This document shows, piece by piece, positions 8,173 through 16,171 of a stretch of DNA of 64,000 nt; position 1 is the stretch's first letter; each line of letters starts with the position of its first letter. Under the pieces are notes generated by a model. The model saw only the letters and a list, made by a program, of their open reading frames with translations, had not been told where the DNA came from and searched no databases. The stretch covers positions 64,001-128,000 of IMG/VR virus record IMGVR_UViG_3300045256_000282; one strand, written 5' to 3'. Source of the stretch: a virus. Position numbers and translations under genes: made by a program.

Positions 8173-8662
8173 CGTCCCTCGAGATCTTCGTAAGCTCTAT
8201 ATCCCCCAAGAGGATCATCACCCGACCGGAGTTCTTCTCTCCGATCCAGCGAAGCATCGTCTCCCTAAGATCGTTTAGGGTCTTAGCGGTCAGGTTAAGT
8301 TCTTCGTGATTTTTTATGACAACAGCAAGCCTATCTTGTGGACGCAGCCTAAGAGTTTTAACCTCTCTGATAAGCTTCGCAGCCTTGAGATCGTCTTCCG
8401 TTGGAGGATCAATCTTGTCAACTTCTTCGATGAGTTCCAGCACGTTTTGGATGATAAGGTCACTGTCAAGGGTTGAGGTGAAGCTTCTTTTTCCGCTTGA
8501 GGCAGTGACCGTCTTATCAGAATGGTCATAGGTAACTCGAACAGCTTCCAAACCCTGCTCGTCTGAGTAGGCATAGATGGTCTTAGACCCAGTGTATTCT
8601 GGAACACCTACTAGGGTGAAGTTCAGCTTAAAAAGTTGTGACTCAAGATCGTTGAAAAGCAT
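8156..8662 (-). CDS. Hypothetical protein
   Basis: ORF track; GAGG RBS. Confidence 0.7.
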   Translation of the reverse strand: MLFNDLESQLFKLNFTLVGVPEYTGSKTIYAYSDEQGLEAVRVTYDHSDKTVTASSGKRSFTSTLDSDLIIQNVLELIEEVDKIDPPTEDDLKAAKLIREVKTLRLRPQDRLAVVIKNHEELNLTAKTLNDLRETMLRWIGEKNSGRVMILLGDIELTKISRDDVESN

Positions 8663-9371
8663 CGTAAACCTCTATTATCTCTTGTAGGGTAGCCGGTCTG
8701 TACTGGTTTGTCCAGGGCATCCCAGGGGAGTCAACGCCTACGTTGATCATGATCGAACCGTTTGGAGTCTTCCTAACTCCCCACTTCTCATGTACGTGGC
8801 CGCACAGTAGTGGCAGACCATCTTCGACCGCTGCGTACTTGTTGACCTTGTACTGTCTATCTTCCTCGTCAGCTATCGTGTACGCGCTCGAGTATGGGAT
8901 GTGATGCAGGTTAAACGTACCGATACCTGGTACCTCTAGTTGCCCTTTGACCATGATCTCGGACCATCCCCATGATTTATACTTTTCTTCCCATACCGCC
9001 CTGTTCTCAGGCTTCTTACCCTTCTTGTGCGAAGGATGGGGAAAGTCATGATTGCCAAGGACTAGGATCTTCTTTCCGTTCAAAAGCGGGGTGTAATACT
9101 CTACAGCTCGAGCTGCAAACGCAAAGTCACCCAGGTGATAAACAATATCTTCTGGAGAAACCACCGCATTCCAGTTACGAACCATGGCGTCGTTCATCTC
9201 TACGACGTCTTTCTGAATAGCCGCAGCCTTCTTCTCGGCGTCCTCGTAACCAACACTTGCCGAATCCTTAATGAAGTTATCGAGATTCGTGGTAAAGGGT
9301 CGACCACAATACCGAATTACGTTAGTGTGAAAAAAATGACTATCGCTCGTTAGAAAGATCTTCGCCGACAT
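8643..9371 (-). CDS. Phage metallophosphoesterase (calcineurin-like)
   Basis: TSDSHFFH, NWNAVV...YHLGDF, GNHD, GHVH, NVGVD. Confidence 0.9.
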   Translation of the reverse strand: MSAKIFLTSDSHFFHTNVIRYCGRPFTTNLDNFIKDSASVGYEDAEKKAAAIQKDVVEMNDAMVRNWNAVVSPEDIVYHLGDFAFAARAVEYYTPLLNGKKILVLGNHDFPHPSHKKGKKPENRAVWEEKYKSWGWSEIMVKGQLEVPGIGTFNLHHIPYSSAYTIADEEDRQYKVNKYAAVEDGLPLLCGHVHEKWGVRKTPNGSIMINVGVDSPGMPWTNQYRPATLQEIIEVYDAFQRS

Positions 9372-9552
9372 CTGCTGCCTTCTCCCATTCGTAGTAGAAC
9401 TTGTTTCCTTCTTCGTCCTTGAAGACAGCATTCTTACCAACTGCTTTCATGAACATCAAAGCCCCCTTGCCGTTTTCTTTAGCAAGTTCTTTTACACGGC
9501 TTACAAAATCTTTGTAATCCGAGGCTTTTATCTTCACGTAGTAATGGTACAT
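9340..9552 (-). CDS. Hypothetical protein
   Basis: ORF track. Confidence 0.6.
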   Translation of the reverse strand: MYHYYVKIKASDYKDFVSRVKELAKENGKGALMFMKAVGKNAVFKDEEGNKFYYEWEKAADVGEDLSNER

Positions 9553-9698
9553 TAGGCCGCTTTCTTCTTGCTCTTCTTCGAGTTATCGAGTACCACCTTG
9601 TTGATCAGCACCTTAGCCTTAAAATCAACGTAGTAAACGATGGTCTCAGGTTGCTTCTTAGCTTCCGTCTTCTTAGGTTCTAGCTTGATAATGTTCAT
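9552..9698 (-). CDS. Small Lys-rich early protein (48 aa)
   Basis: AGGAG RBS directly downstream of the promoter at 9718-9746. Confidence 0.6.
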   Translation of the reverse strand: MNIIKLEPKKTEAKKQPETIVYYVDFKAKVLINKVVLDNSKKSKKKAA

Positions 9699-9717
9699 GG
9701 TCTTATCTCCTGAGAAC

Positions 9718-9746
9718 AGGATACCTAGTTGTACTCTTTAGGTCAA
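9718..9746 (-). promoter_or_regulatory. sigma70-type promoter
   Basis: TTGACC-17 nt-TATCCT. Confidence 0.65.
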
Positions 9747-9749
9747 GCT

Positions 9750-10078
9750 TTATCTTTGAAATTTCTTACACCAGTGACTGTGTCCAGGATGACCCAGCTT
9801 ATCTGCACCACACTCGCATATGGGCCTATTCCATCCGCCGTCCGCGTACAGCTTATGAACGTTTATACCGGGGGGGCTGGCGGTCCAGAGACTTGGCCAT
9901 AATTGGCAATGTAATCAAATCCACCATAACCTGTGTCGTAGCTAACCCACTCGTAATAGGACCCATCATAGTCGACGTAATACAGATCAATCTTAGCTTG
10001 CTCAAAGCTTCCCCAATACGTGATCTCTTTGGCGACCTTTCCGCCGTACCTGTTGTTCAGATGGGCCAAGATTCTCAT
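9750..10078 (-). pseudogene. Frameshifted gene (C7 tract) encoding a paralog of 20013..20336 with C-terminal CxCG...H..WC motif
   Basis: ORF stops at 9863 just after C7 (G7 at 9870-9876); the -1 frame continues to CECGADKLGHPGHSHWCKKFQR*. Confidence 0.7.
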
Positions 10079-10179
10079 AGCTCACTTCATGTTGGGTTTA
10101 TTGATCCACCAGTATGTGCCTAGGGCTGTTGCAGCAAGTACGGATAAGACCTTGATGATAATGGAAAGTACGGTAAGCA

Positions 10180-10986
10180 TCAAGAACTCTTCTTTACGTA
10201 TCCTGTGTTCTTCTTCTCCCATTGCTGGTCGTCATCAAACGACTTTGGGCCAAGGTCAAACATGTGCATGGAGACGGACTGCTCGACCTTCACCGGATGG
10301 AGACCTGGAAACTTCTTCTTGCAAAACTTAGTAACCATACCTTCAAGTTCTTCATAGTAAGACTTGGTCAGGTACATGTTGTATAAAAGCTCTTGAGTAG
10401 CATCTTTTCCGATACGATCAATGAACGTGTCCCAAAAAGCTACGAGAGGGGATTGTCCTCGCTTAACCTTCAAGGATTTTAAATCAGGCAAAGAGACCTC
10501 TTCGTAGTCTTCTTGGTTCAAGATCTCAGGCTGACGAGGAGGGCGGCTAGCAATGATCTCTTCGTCGGTCTTTACCTTCGGGATTCCATCAGCTACGAAC
10601 GTGTATTCAGAATCGCGCAGTAGAACTCTACCGTCTTTATGAACCTCAACCACCGCCTTTGATAGGTTTGGACTATCTTCTGCGCCAAATCTTCCTTCTG
10701 ACTCGTACAAGACAAATACGCTGGTGCCGAGATCCTTAGCCAGATCCTTGATCGACTGAATCTCCTTAGTCACGTCAAGGTCACCATACCAGATCTTGCC
10801 GTGCTCTTTCGTAAACACGTTAGCGTTAAAAACTACGAGGTTGCTAGGATTGTCGTAACGATAAATCGACTTAGACCCTCCGACCATCTTACCCATGTCG
10901 CCCAAGTTAAACTGGGCGATCTTCTCAGGAGTCGAACCCTTCTGTTTAAAATCTGACGGAAATGGTACGGTTTTACTTGTTTTCAT
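10180..10986 (-). CDS. Hypothetical protein
   Basis: Start reassigned to ATG 10986 behind GGGAG. Confidence 0.75.
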   Translation of the reverse strand: MKTSKTVPFPSDFKQKGSTPEKIAQFNLGDMGKMVGGSKSIYRYDNPSNLVVFNANVFTKEHGKIWYGDLDVTKEIQSIKDLAKDLGTSVFVLYESEGRFGAEDSPNLSKAVVEVHKDGRVLLRDSEYTFVADGIPKVKTDEEIIASRPPRQPEILNQEDYEEVSLPDLKSLKVKRGQSPLVAFWDTFIDRIGKDATQELLYNMYLTKSYYEELEGMVTKFCKKKFPGLHPVKVEQSVSMHMFDLGPKSFDDDQQWEKKNTGYVKKSS

Positions 10987-11641
10987 TTGTTTCTCCCTTC
11001 CATCCAAGCGCCTCCGCAATAGATGGGAATTCTTTTTTAAAGATCTCACGAGCCTCCAAGGCAATCTCCTTGTGTTCTAGCTGTGTTCCGTTTGCTGAAC
11101 GTAGATCTATGTAGTGAACCCAGCTTCTTACCGGGCCTGTCATGTAGAGCTTGGTCTTAGTTCCTAAAGGAAGAAGAAACCTAGCACATTCTTTTGCGAT
11201 ACCTCGTCGCAAAGCTTCTTGATAAAGGGCTTCAGCAGTCGTGTTAACGCCTATCGCCGCATTTAAGAACCAGTCGACATCCTTTGCTGGGAGATCATCG
11301 ACACTGTTCTGCCTGTTCTTAACATCTTGACGTCTCGGCTCGTGAAGCATGAACTCCGTGACCTCGGCGTAACGTTGACTGAATTCTTGAAAAGTAAAAC
11401 TTCTGTGCCTGAGGATCTGAGCTGCGATAGCTCTACTAGTTTCGATCTCAAGGGTCATGAAGGCGTGCTCAAAAGGGCTCCAGTGATTATTCTTGATCAG
11501 GTAGCTGATAAGCTTTGGTGCCGTCTCAAAGTTGTTCTGGTTTGATGGATTACTGACCCTAGCAACAAAAGAGATAAGCTCTTCTGCAGCTTTTCCGTCA
11601 AGATCTCCGACTCCCTTTGTTACTGCAACAAGCTTAACCAT
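10973..11641 (-). CDS. thyX: FAD-dependent thymidylate synthase
   Basis: HWSPFEH, RHRSFTFQEFSQRY (RHRx7S), AKECARFLLP, TQLEH. Confidence 0.95.
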   Translation of the reverse strand: MVKLVAVTKGVGDLDGKAAEELISFVARVSNPSNQNNFETAPKLISYLIKNNHWSPFEHAFMTLEIETSRAIAAQILRHRSFTFQEFSQRYAEVTEFMLHEPRRQDVKNRQNSVDDLPAKDVDWFLNAAIGVNTTAEALYQEALRRGIAKECARFLLPLGTKTKLYMTGPVRSWVHYIDLRSANGTQLEHKEIALEAREIFKKEFPSIAEALGWKGETNENK

Positions 11642-11898
11642 GACTGCCTTGCTCCTTTAGCCGCACATTGACGAATACGCTCACGAGTTACGTGAGCAAC
11701 CTCTGCCATTCTCTCTAAGGATACTCCAGCAGCCACGCCACGTAAAGACCTTCCCACCCTAGAAGTGTGCTTAAATTGACTGTGCTTTAATAGGTACTTA
11801 GCTTCGCTCTTGGTCGGAAGGATCGTTTCCTGAGCCATCAGCTTCCGCTGAATCTGAAACCAGATCTTCATTAACCTGTGTTGTATTTTCTTGATCAT
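11620..11898 (-). CDS. Small stand-alone sigma70 region-4-like HTH protein
   Basis: SLERMAEVAHVTRERIRQ matches RpoD region 4.2 (TLEEVG...VTRERIRQ); GGAG RBS before ATG 11898. Confidence 0.6.
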   Translation of the reverse strand: MIKKIQHRLMKIWFQIQRKLMAQETILPTKSEAKYLLKHSQFKHTSRVGRSLRGVAAGVSLERMAEVAHVTRERIRQCAAKGARQSWLSLLQ

Positions 11899-12193
11899 CT
11901 TCTTCTCCCATAAGAGATACGATAGCCGCATGCTTACTTTCAGAAAGGATTGAGCCGATCTCACCGACCAGCGCACCAGAGTCTTCCACTAAGGCTGCGT
12001 GCTCGATCGATTCGTGGGCGTACTCATTACCCATCTCAAGCCAATGAAGACTCTCAGAAGGCTCTTCGGACTTCTCGGAGATCAAGTATGCTGCGATAGC
12101 TCTGCTCCCCCACTTGATAGCGGTCTCTTTTTGGATATCCTGATAAGACTTCTTGTCAAGCTCCTGTAGCGCTGCGTCGACGTCAAATTGCAT
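11798..12193 (-). CDS. Hypothetical acidic protein
   Basis: ORF track; GAGG RBS. Confidence 0.65.
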   Translation of the reverse strand: MQFDVDAALQELDKKSYQDIQKETAIKWGSRAIAAYLISEKSEEPSESLHWLEMGNEYAHESIEHAALVEDSGALVGEIGSILSESKHAAIVSLMGEEDDQENTTQVNEDLVSDSAEADGSGNDPSDQERS

Positions 12194-12194
12194 A

Positions 12195-12554
12195 TCAGCT
12201 ATCCTCTAACTTTCGAGGCGCAAAAGGACGTGGAGGACGGCGATCGCGTGAAGCCTTAAGCTTAGCCAAACCAGCGCCTGGGCGAAGGATGTCTTGCGAG
12301 ATAAGTTTTTCTCGAAGAGCCTTAGTTTGTTCTTTTGACATGAAACCGTCGTAGGGCTCACCGACCTTGATCTGTCCTGAAGAGAGGAGCTTTTGACGAA
12401 ACTTTGAGGCGTCTTGGTCTGTCATCTCTCGAGGTAGGCCATACCCAGGAACACGAAGCTCCTGAGCACTAGGGATCTCGCGCTTACTTGGACGAACAGT
12501 GATCTTATCTTTTTGTGATGGCTTGTACATACCTTCTCCTTTTTTGAAGTCCAT
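12195..12554 (-). CDS. Hypothetical basic protein with an internal duplicated R(Q/E)KL(L/I)S segment
   Basis: ORF track. Confidence 0.65.
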   Translation of the reverse strand: MDFKKGEGMYKPSQKDKITVRPSKREIPSAQELRVPGYGLPREMTDQDASKFRQKLLSSGQIKVGEPYDGFMSKEQTKALREKLISQDILRPGAGLAKLKASRDRRPPRPFAPRKLEDS

Positions 12555-12600
12555 GACATGAATATATCATGAGGGAGAAGGGTTAAAAAGGGGAAAGTTG

Positions 12601-12660
12601 TGTAGGCCCCCGTAGGGTCGTCGGGCTTTGTGAGTAGATGACCAATAAACTCGGCCTACA
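12601..12660. ncRNA. Putative 60-nt structured RNA (three-way junction)
   Basis: 8-bp closing stem TGTAGGCC/GGCCTACA enclosing hairpins GAGT/ACTC and CCCG/CGGG, whose loops are complementary (GGTC/GACC). Confidence 0.5.
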
Positions 12661-12664
12661 AAAT

Positions 12665-12738
12665 TGGTTGCGGGACCCAGAATCGCACTGGGGTCTCGAG
12701 GTTATGAGCCTCGCGTGGTACTTCTCCACTATCCCGCT
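12665..12738 (-). tRNA. tRNA-Met(CAT), initiator-like, with non-canonical D and T loops
   Basis: Acceptor AGCGGGA/TCCCGCA with 1:72 mismatch; D stem GTGG/CCAC; anticodon arm CGAGG-CTCATAA-CCTCG; T arm CCCAG-TGCGATT-CTGGG; encoded CCA. Confidence 0.9.
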
Positions 12739-12750
12739 ATATTTAAAGTA

Positions 12751-12877
12751 TTAGGTGCGTGGGGGAAAGCCGCGTCGGAGCCACCCGACAGCACTATCGT
12801 TACATGTTGGCTAACAAGTCCTAGTCGCCTGCTCATCCCTATAGGTTCAACGATATGAATCGTGTCCACGCACCTAA
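12751..12877 (-). ncRNA. Putative 127-nt multibranched structured RNA
   Basis: 12-bp terminal stem TTAGGTGCGTGG/CCACGCACCTAA; internal helices TATCGTT/AACGATA, GTCGGG/TCCGAC, TGTT/AACA; G-U pairs favour the minus strand. Confidence 0.55.
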
Positions 12878-12879
12878 AG

Positions 12880-13083
12880 TTATTCTTTTTCTCTCTGATA
12901 CTCACTGTAAAGCATCAAAAACCAACTAACAACAGCCAAAACACATCCGACCGTTATGCTCTTAATCCTATCACCAGCTATCTGATGGAGCATGGCTCCT
13001 GCGCCAGCTCCCATGAAAACCCCTATGAACTTGGCGAGTGATCCCCATACAGCTTTCTTTAAGGCTTTCTTTTCTAGACTCAT
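12880..13083 (-). CDS. Small two-TM membrane protein (holin-like topology)
   Basis: Two hydrophobic segments with charged termini. Confidence 0.55.
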   Translation of the reverse strand: MSLEKKALKKAVWGSLAKFIGVFMGAGAGAMLHQIAGDRIKSITVGCVLAVVSWFLMLYSEYQREKE

Positions 13084-13934
13084 GGCGAAAAAGGCAGAGA
13101 GTATTGTCTGATGGGGTGGTTTGGATCGTTGTAATATCTCGAGTAAACATCAATCATTCCGCGAGGATATTGCTTCATCAGGATGTAACACCACAATTTG
13201 TAAGATAGTTTCCACAAAATGTTACGGTTCTTTAAAAATTGCCAATCGCAATAAGGTAATTTCCTTGCATCAGTATCGCCAACATCCTTGAAACATCCCA
13301 AAAATTGACCTACGAGTATGCTTAAGAAGGCGATAGGGCCGATCCATCTGCCAGCCGTCATACGAAGATAGGCTATATGACCAGGAGATCTTCCATGCCA
13401 TCCAGCTAGGCAAAACTGGTCTGGGTGATTGTTGTTCCAAAACATCTTAGGCTTAAAACCAGAACGGATAAACCGCCATAGGCTTATCGGGGTCAAACAC
13501 CAAAGGATTGACGCCCATCTTGCGATCCCGTAATACTTAACGTTATTCTCAGAAGCCTGACCCATATCTGGGCCAGTGGCATGAACAGTATTTCCGTGCT
13601 CGTAGGATCTCCTAGAGTAAGCCCCACCATCAAACAGCCCCGAGAAGGTGGCGATCGCTCCGGTGTTGTCCATCGAGTCAAACTCATCCCCACCAGGAAC
13701 CCTAGAGCTTACTCCAGGAAATGTTTCTAGGGATTCGTAGACCTTCCTTAGTCTTTCGATCTCTTCCTTCTTAACGCTATCCGGGGTTTCTGAATCATTG
13801 ACTAAACAAATCAAGTACTCTAAGGTAAAGAGCGCTCCGTTTTGGGTAGGCTCGCCTTTTCCATCCCTAGTGTAAAGACCGTTTAAACCAAACTTGTCGC
13901 GATACTTAAGGAAATCTTGATATAAGTTACTCAT
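13080..13934 (-). CDS. Hypothetical protein (aromatic-rich, 284 aa)
   Basis: ORF track; no recognised motif. Confidence 0.75.
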   Translation of the reverse strand: MSNLYQDFLKYRDKFGLNGLYTRDGKGEPTQNGALFTLEYLICLVNDSETPDSVKKEEIERLRKVYESLETFPGVSSRVPGGDEFDSMDNTGAIATFSGLFDGGAYSRRSYEHGNTVHATGPDMGQASENNVKYYGIARWASILWCLTPISLWRFIRSGFKPKMFWNNNHPDQFCLAGWHGRSPGHIAYLRMTAGRWIGPIAFLSILVGQFLGCFKDVGDTDARKLPYCDWQFLKNRNILWKLSYKLWCYILMKQYPRGMIDVYSRYYNDPNHPIRQYSLPFSP

Positions 13935-13953
13935 ATGATCAAGATTCGTTCTT

Positions 13954-14415
13954 CTAGTAGGACGACGCGATTCTTCCGTTTCTTCTGTAAAAACCGTAAG
14001 AGGTATCCTCAGAATCTACCGGCTCGTTGTGCTTATCACACCAGTAGTAGCTTGTTTCTAAGGTAAGTTTCTTACAATTCTTGTGCCTACATTTGCGCTT
14101 AGTTGAAGCGGGTCTCGAGCTGGGAGCATCAAAAGAGGCGATCCTTACTGCTGTGATCAGCGATATTCCTAAGATCTTTCGGGAGTTCAGTATCCTCATT
14201 CGGATCTCGTTTATCTCGCTATCGATACGCTGAAGATCAATACCATCTCCCCTGTTCTCGTGCTCTAAGTGAAGTCTGCGTCTAAAGTTACGGAGAAAAT
14301 TCTCCATAGCGTCAAACCCTCTCATCGCCACCGCAAACGTCGTACCATCTTCTTTAGCCAAGTTTCTTACCAGGGCCTTCTGTTCAGTTGTCGGGATCTC
14401 AAAATCTTTTTCCAT
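13954..14415 (-). CDS. Hypothetical protein with C-terminal Cys/His motif
   Basis: CRHKNC...WCDKH; start at ATG 14415. Confidence 0.65.
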   Translation of the reverse strand: MEKDFEIPTTEQKALVRNLAKEDGTTFAVAMRGFDAMENFLRNFRRRLHLEHENRGDGIDLQRIDSEINEIRMRILNSRKILGISLITAVRIASFDAPSSRPASTKRKCRHKNCKKLTLETSYYWCDKHNEPVDSEDTSYGFYRRNGRIASSY

Positions 14416-14430
14416 AAAATACCTTTCTTT

Positions 14431-14467
14431 AAGAAAGGGGCCAGGGATAACCACAAACCCTGGCCCC
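14431..14467 (-). terminator. Rho-independent terminator after the DUF932 gene
   Basis: 10-bp stem GGGGCCAGGG/CCCTGGCCCC followed by TTTCTT. Confidence 0.75.
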
Positions 14468-14478
14468 AGGAGATAGGA

Positions 14479-15441
14479 TCAAGCGGCTGTTGCCAACATG
14501 ACCCCTATATCGAGCGCTCGCTTGTTAAGCGTTGCGCTCTGCCCAAACCACATCTGATCAAGACGAACCTGATTATCTTCACCCCTCTCGTACTGGAGGT
14601 ACTCGCTTACAGCGTTGTAAGCTGCCCACATAGTACCCTTAACACCAGGGAGATCGTTGCCTCGTCCTTTTTCAAACAGAGGCTGAACAGCGTTGATGAT
14701 GCGCTTGTTGTTGATGTTAGCTACGTTACCTTCAGCTTCCAAGATCTTCTTGTTGGAGTTGAAGACGAGCTTCACGTACTTCTCAAGATCTGCCTGATTG
14801 ATCTCTTTTGAGGCAAGTAGGCGATATTGATCAGCGGTAGACTCAAACTCTGCGTTAGCAAGGTTCATGACGTTACGAATCTCTTCGAGGTTCGACACAA
14901 CGTTCTTGGTATGACGAACTCGGATAAGCTTGCTTGCCTTCGAATCGTGAGCAAGAGCCATCGTGTTTGCGCAGACCACTCTAATTGGGGTGAAGCCCAC
15001 TCGAACCGCAAGGGTTCCGTCGTGACTGTTAGACAAGAGGACGTACTTTTGAACCGCGTCACCCTTTACTACTTCCATCGGATCAAGCTTAAGCTTAGCG
15101 AGTACGAACACGCGCTGACCTTGGCGAAGGCTTCCAGCCGTCTCGATAGCAGCTTCGCCACTTTCGATGAAGGGGCGGAAGAACTCAAAAGCTTCCGTAT
15201 TCTGCAAAGGGTTATATGAAGGACCAACAACGCCCAAGATGCGAGAATCGCTTGAGCGACGGGTAGCAAGAGCGGGGAGGATCTCTCCGCCTTGGCTAAG
15301 GACTGGTTCGGTCGTAACCTTCCAGTCAAGTCCAGCGGCAACGATAGCGTCTTCAAGGCTAGGGGCCTCTACGAATCGTTTACCTAGCTTGTGCCAGGGG
15401 GTTTCTCCTACGTACAGCATTTGTTCAATTTCGTGGGCCAT
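14479..15441 (-). CDS. DUF932-domain phage/plasmid protein
   Basis: MAHEIE...TPWHKLG, AGLDW, YNPLQN-EAF-FF, ETAGSL, NSHDGT, TPIRVVCANT, GTMWAAYNAVSEY. Confidence 0.9.
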   Translation of the reverse strand: MAHEIEQMLYVGETPWHKLGKRFVEAPSLEDAIVAAGLDWKVTTEPVLSQGGEILPALATRRSSDSRILGVVGPSYNPLQNTEAFEFFRPFIESGEAAIETAGSLRQGQRVFVLAKLKLDPMEVVKGDAVQKYVLLSNSHDGTLAVRVGFTPIRVVCANTMALAHDSKASKLIRVRHTKNVVSNLEEIRNVMNLANAEFESTADQYRLLASKEINQADLEKYVKLVFNSNKKILEAEGNVANINNKRIINAVQPLFEKGRGNDLPGVKGTMWAAYNAVSEYLQYERGEDNQVRLDQMWFGQSATLNKRALDIGVMLATAA

Positions 15442-15482
15442 TTGATTTCTCCTTCGTAAAAGCTTTATTGCCTTACAAGATC

Positions 15483-15510
15483 AGAATACCATACCCAAAC
15501 AGTAAGTCAA
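15483..15510 (-). promoter_or_regulatory. sigma70-type promoter (extended -10)
   Basis: TTGACT-16 nt-TATTCT with TG at -15/-14. Confidence 0.6.
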
Positions 15511-15703
15511 AGAAAAAGTAATCACTATCTCAAATATATGAGATTTGAACAAAAAAATATACGTCAACTAAAAGAAAAAGGGGCTCATCTATAAGCTTTC
15601 TTAATCTTATTGTACAGTATCTTAAGCCCCACGTAGGTTAGTGCTAAGGGTATTCCGCCAGGGATCAGGACAATAGCCGCAAGTACGGCCTTCTTTGTTT
15701 TTG

Positions 15704-16171
15704 TCATTTTCCACTTGAACCAAAACCACCCTCTCCGCGTTCTGAGGTAGACAATTCCTCACTTAGAACAGGAATAACGGTAGGATAAGGGATGATGATA
15801 AGTTGGCCGATCTTGTCCCCAACATTGTATCTTGCCATCTTATCTGCAAGTTCATCAAAAGCTTTTCCGTCGATCTTAAAACGAAGCTTGATCTCTCCAC
15901 GATAGCCACTATCGATCACGCCCACAGAGTTCGCAAGGATAAGACCCGTTTTGCTGATAGACGATCTTGGGAAGAGTAGTCCTACGTATCCTTCAGGGAT
16001 ATCTACAGACAACCCTGTGCCGTATTCTAGGAAATAAAAACCATTATCCGCATCTGCGGTAGAAGACGCTGATGTTGCGGTCAGATCTAGACCGGCGTCA
16101 CCTAACTTTGCGTAGCTGGGTAGGACAGCATTGTTGTCTAATTTCTTAAATTTAATTTCCATATTTTCCAT
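15704..16171 (-). CDS. dut: Trimeric dUTPase
   Basis: AGLDL, PRSS, GVIDSGYRGEI, IGQL, RGEGGFGSSG. Confidence 0.95.
   Translation of the reverse strand: MENMEIKFKKLDNNAVLPSYAKLGDAGLDLTATSASSTADADNGFYFLEYGTGLSVDIPEGYVGLLFPRSSISKTGLILANSVGVIDSGYRGEIKLRFKIDGKAFDELADKMARYNVGDKIGQLIIIPYPTVIPVLSEELSTSERGEGGFGSSGK

Noticed and set aside
12664-12858. 64-aa plus-strand ORF
   Set aside because: Antisense shadow of the tRNA and the structured RNA
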